Assembly (NCBI GenBank): GCA_043759515.1
Contig: JAYVLK010000010.1
Location: 28,104 to 92,103 of the forward strand
Direction: 5' to 3'
From: Methylotenera sp.
GTDB taxonomy: Bacteria; Pseudomonadota; Gammaproteobacteria; Burkholderiales; Methylophilaceae
Length of the DNA stretch: 64,000 bases
In this document: positions 60,810 through 64,000 of the stretch, piece after piece
Numbering within the stretch: position 1 is the first letter of the stretch
How the letters are laid out: each line of letters opens with the position of its first letter
Translations under genes and position numbers: made by a program
Notes under the pieces: generated by a model
What the model saw: only the letters and a program-made list of their open reading frames with translations
What the model was told of the DNA's origin: nothing
Database searches by the model: none

Positions 60810-63101
60810 TTAAACAGTTTCAGCCTCTGGTTTAGGTGATGCTGGTTTTAAAGGCTGCAAGTCTTGATCAAACATTAATTGCACTTCGTCTTTCTCATTA
60901 ATGTCCACATGCACCACACCACCATTGGCCAGTTTTCCAAACAACAACTCATCTGCCAGCGCTTTACGAATCGTATCTTGAATAAGCCTTGCCATTGGGC
61001 GGGCGCCCATTTGCGGGTCAAATCCTTTTTTGCCTAAATATACTTTTAGCGCATCACTAAAGGTTACATCCACCTTTTTCTCATGCAATTGATCTTCTAA
61101 CTGCATTAAGAATTTATCCACCACGCGGATGATAATATCTTGCGTTAAACTGCCAAATGAAACGGTTGCATCAAGGCGATTACGGAATTCTGGTGAAAAC
61201 AAGCGTTTAATATCAGCCGCTTCATCACCTGCTTCTTTGGCGTTGGTAAAGCCAATGCTTGATTTGGACAAGTTTTCAGCGCCCGCATTGGTGGTCATAA
61301 TAATGGTCACGTTTCTAAAATCAGCCTTGCGACCGTTGTTATCAGTCAGCGTACCGTGATCCATTACTTGCAATAAAATATTGAAAATATCGGGATGCGC
61401 TTTTTCAATCTCATCTAATAACAATACGCAATAAGGCTGTTTGGTGATCGCCTCGGTCATTAGCCCACCTTGCTCAAACCCAACATAGCCTGGCGGCGCA
61501 CCAATTAAACGCGAAACCGCATGGCGCTCCATATATTCACTCATGTCAAAGCGAATGAGTTCAATGCCCATAATGTAAGCCAATTGTTTGGCAACTTCAG
61601 TTTTACCAACGCCTGTGGGACCGCTAAATAGAAAGCTGCCAATAGGTTTATTGTTACCGCCTAAGCCACTTCGCGCCATTTTAACTGCGCTAGTTAATAC
61701 TTCGATGGCTTTATCTTGGCCAAAAACCACTGCTTTCAAATCACGATCAAGCGTTTTAAGCGCAGTGCGGTCATCTGTTGATATATTTTTTGGCGGAATA
61801 CGCGCGATTTTGGCTACGATATCTTCTATCTCTTTGTCGCCAATGGTTTTTTTCTGCTTGTTTTTAGGCAAAATACGTTGCGCAGCCCCTGCTTCGTCGA
61901 TCACATCAATCGCTTTATCTGGCAAATGACGGTCATTAATGTACTTGGCAGCCAATTCTGCCGCACTAACCAAAGCACTTGCGCTGTATTTCACTTTATG
62001 ATGTTCTTCAAAGCGAGATTTTAAGCCTTTCAATATTTCAATGGTTTCGGCAATACTTGGTTCAACCACATCTACCTTTTGAAAGCGACGTGATAGCGCG
62101 TGATCTTTTTCAAAAATACCGCGGTATTCTTGATAAGTCGTTGCACCAATACATTTTAGTGTGCCGTTTGATAAAGCTGGTTTTAGTAAATTTGATGCAT
62201 CCAATGTGCCGCCACTGGCAGCACCTGCGCCAATCAAAGTGTGAATTTCATCAATAAATAAAATGGCCTCTGGCTTTTCAGCCAATTGCTTCATTACCGC
62301 TTTTAAGCGTTGCTCAAAATCCCCTCTATATTTAGTACCTGCTAACAATGCACCCATATCTAGTGAATACACCACCGCGTTGGCCAATACTTCTGGAATA
62401 TCTTTTTCTACAATGCGCCTTGCCAAGCCTTCAGCAATCGCAGTTTTGCCAACTCCTGCCTCGCCCACCAATAGGGGATTATTTTTACGACGACGGCATA
62501 GCGTTTGAATAACGCGCTCAATTTCTGGGCCACGGCCAATTAAAGGATCGATTTTGCCAGCTAGCACTTGTAAATTCAAATTAAGCGTAAAGCTTTCTAG
62601 CGCACCACTTGGCGCTGCGTCGGCTTCAACATCAGCATCCGCTCCCTCTGGTTTAGTCGTTCCTTCAGGTATTTTAGCAACACCGTGAGAGATAAAATTA
62701 ACCACATCTAAGCGGGTAATGCCTTGTTGATGCAAGAAAAATACCGCATGAGAATCTTTTTCACCAAAAATAGCCACCAATACATTGGCACCTGTTACCT
62801 CTTTTTTACCAGATGATTGCACATGCAACATGGCGCGTTGAATAACCCTTTGAAAACCTAATGTTGGTTGCGTGTCAACGTCATCAGCACCGCCTACGGT
62901 AGGCGTGTGCTCTTCAATATAATGATTTAGCTCGGTACGCAGCACTTCAAATTTAGCACCGCAAGCGCGCAACACTTCAGCCGCAGTTGGGTTGTCAATC
63001 ATTGCCAGCAACAAATGTTCAACTGTGATCAATTCATGGCGTTTTTGGCGCGCATCCATAAATGCCATGTGCAAACTTACTTCTAATTCTTGGGCAATCA
63101 T
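60810..63101 (-). CDS. clpA: ATP-dependent Clp protease ATP-binding subunit ClpA
   Basis: GEAGVGKT and GPTGVGKT Walker A motifs; adjacent to clpS. Confidence 0.98.
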   Translation of the reverse strand: MIAQELEVSLHMAFMDARQKRHELITVEHLLLAMIDNPTAAEVLRACGAKFEVLRTELNHYIEEHTPTVGGADDVDTQPTLGFQRVIQRAMLHVQSSGKKEVTGANVLVAIFGEKDSHAVFFLHQQGITRLDVVNFISHGVAKIPEGTTKPEGADADVEADAAPSGALESFTLNLNLQVLAGKIDPLIGRGPEIERVIQTLCRRRKNNPLLVGEAGVGKTAIAEGLARRIVEKDIPEVLANAVVYSLDMGALLAGTKYRGDFEQRLKAVMKQLAEKPEAILFIDEIHTLIGAGAASGGTLDASNLLKPALSNGTLKCIGATTYQEYRGIFEKDHALSRRFQKVDVVEPSIAETIEILKGLKSRFEEHHKVKYSASALVSAAELAAKYINDRHLPDKAIDVIDEAGAAQRILPKNKQKKTIGDKEIEDIVAKIARIPPKNISTDDRTALKTLDRDLKAVVFGQDKAIEVLTSAVKMARSGLGGNNKPIGSFLFSGPTGVGKTEVAKQLAYIMGIELIRFDMSEYMERHAVSRLIGAPPGYVGFEQGGLMTEAITKQPYCVLLLDEIEKAHPDIFNILLQVMDHGTLTDNNGRKADFRNVTIIMTTNAGAENLSKSSIGFTNAKEAGDEAADIKRLFSPEFRNRLDATVSFGSLTQDIIIRVVDKFLMQLEDQLHEKKVDVTFSDALKVYLGKKGFDPQMGARPMARLIQDTIRKALADELLFGKLANGGVVHVDINEKDEVQLMFDQDLQPLKPASPKPEAETV

Positions 63102-63185
63102 TTTCGATTCCTTAACTTTCTATTACTTACTTCAATAAATTTATTTCAGTTCATTATTGCAATTTGTGCAAGCTGTTTATCTAAA

Positions 63186-63497
63186 TTATGCTGGTTCAAT
63201 AACGCATTGCAATGGGTGCTGCGCTTCTTTAGCGTGAGACAACACTTGTCTCAACTTTGTTTCAGCAATATCTTGCGGATAAACCCCGCATACGCCCATG
63301 CCTTCAGTATGCACTTTGAGCATTATTTGCGTTGCTTGTTCACGCGTTTTATTAAAAAACCGTTCAATTGTTTCAACTACAAATTCCATTGGCGTGTAAT
63401 CGTCGTTTAACAACAACACTTTGTACATTGCAGGCAATTTTGGTTTAACCGCACTTGGTTTAAGTATGGTGTCGTTGTTAGGATTTTGGTTTGCCAT
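63186..63497 (-). CDS. clpS: Clp adaptor ClpS
   Basis: [17 protein letters not shown]...HPLQC. Confidence 0.98.
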   Translation of the reverse strand: MANQNPNNDTILKPSAVKPKLPAMYKVLLLNDDYTPMEFVVETIERFFNKTREQATQIMLKVHTEGMGVCGVYPQDIAETKLRQVLSHAKEAQHPLQCVIEPA

Positions 63498-63635
63498 AAA
63501 AAGATCGCTTTAATGCTTACTTGTATTTTGAGCCGAATAACAAAAATTTCAAGCCTAATTTAATACTGACTTGCGTTTTTTTTGGGGCACTTACTAATTG
63601 ACTTAGCGATTGACGAATAATTCTTGCAAATAATT

Positions 63636-64000
63636 CTAAGGGAATATCTTGACGCTTTTAACAACCCTATCTTGCGTTTGCACGATTTCAAGTTGATGCT
63701 CACCAATTTTAAAACTAGTGCCTGCTTCTGGAATATCTTCAAAATGCTCTAAAACCAAGCCATTTAATGTACGCGGGCCATCTAACGGTAAATTTAACCC
63801 TAATTTTTTATTTAAATCACGAAGCGCGCTGCTGCCATCTACCAACCAACTGCCATCTACTTCTCTGCGATAACTACCGGCGCGACTAGGCGATTGCGTA
63901 GTAAAATCACCGATCATTTCTTCTAATATATCTTCTAAGGTAATTAAGCCTTTAAATTCGCCATATTCATCTACTACTAGTGCAATGCGCTCTTGATTTT
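63636..64000 (-). CDS. HlyC/CorC (CBS-pair) transporter, C-terminal part
   Basis: IALVVDEYGEFKGLITLEDILEEMIGDF...GPRTLNGLVLE; frame continues off the window. Confidence 0.9.
   Translation of the reverse strand, partial: NQERIALVVDEYGEFKGLITLEDILEEMIGDFTTQSPSRAGSYRREVDGSWLVDGSSALRDLNKKLGLNLPLDGPRTLNGLVLEHFEDIPEAGTSFKIGEHQLEIVQTQDRVVKSVKIFP

Overview
AT-rich betaproteobacterial chromosome segment. Gene content suggests Methylophilaceae (Methylotenera-like); this is an inference. Positions ~1-40 kb form a general-stress/envelope island: BON, PRC-barrel, DUF1328, DUF883 and YqjE-like proteins, two Crp/Fnr regulators, a CHASE3 kinase with a UvrY/GacA-like regulator, PAS-GGDEF-EAL, xfp-ackA, two cardiolipin synthases, CYTH-CHAD and a 2948-aa cyclic beta-1,2-glucan synthase. 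Positions ~40-64 kb are mostly housekeeping (recQ, tRNA-Arg, apaH, olsBA, hemJ, pyrD, clpAS). The main hidden structure is regulatory. Eleven intergenic copies of a CRP-like palindrome, TGT(G/A/T)C-N6-G(C/T)ACA, occur in the island, and eight lie exactly 21 bp from a -10 hexamer (class II activator geometry). Five GacA-box-like palindromes (TGTAAG-N6-CTTACA) also occur, one of them upstream of a Crp gene, suggesting a two-tier stress cascade. Other candidates: an HTH-less, membrane-anchored paralogue of the adjacent TetR, a CU-rich sRNA, and a Pho-box olsB promoter with an apparent AUU start. All motifs were found by eye; no searches were run.
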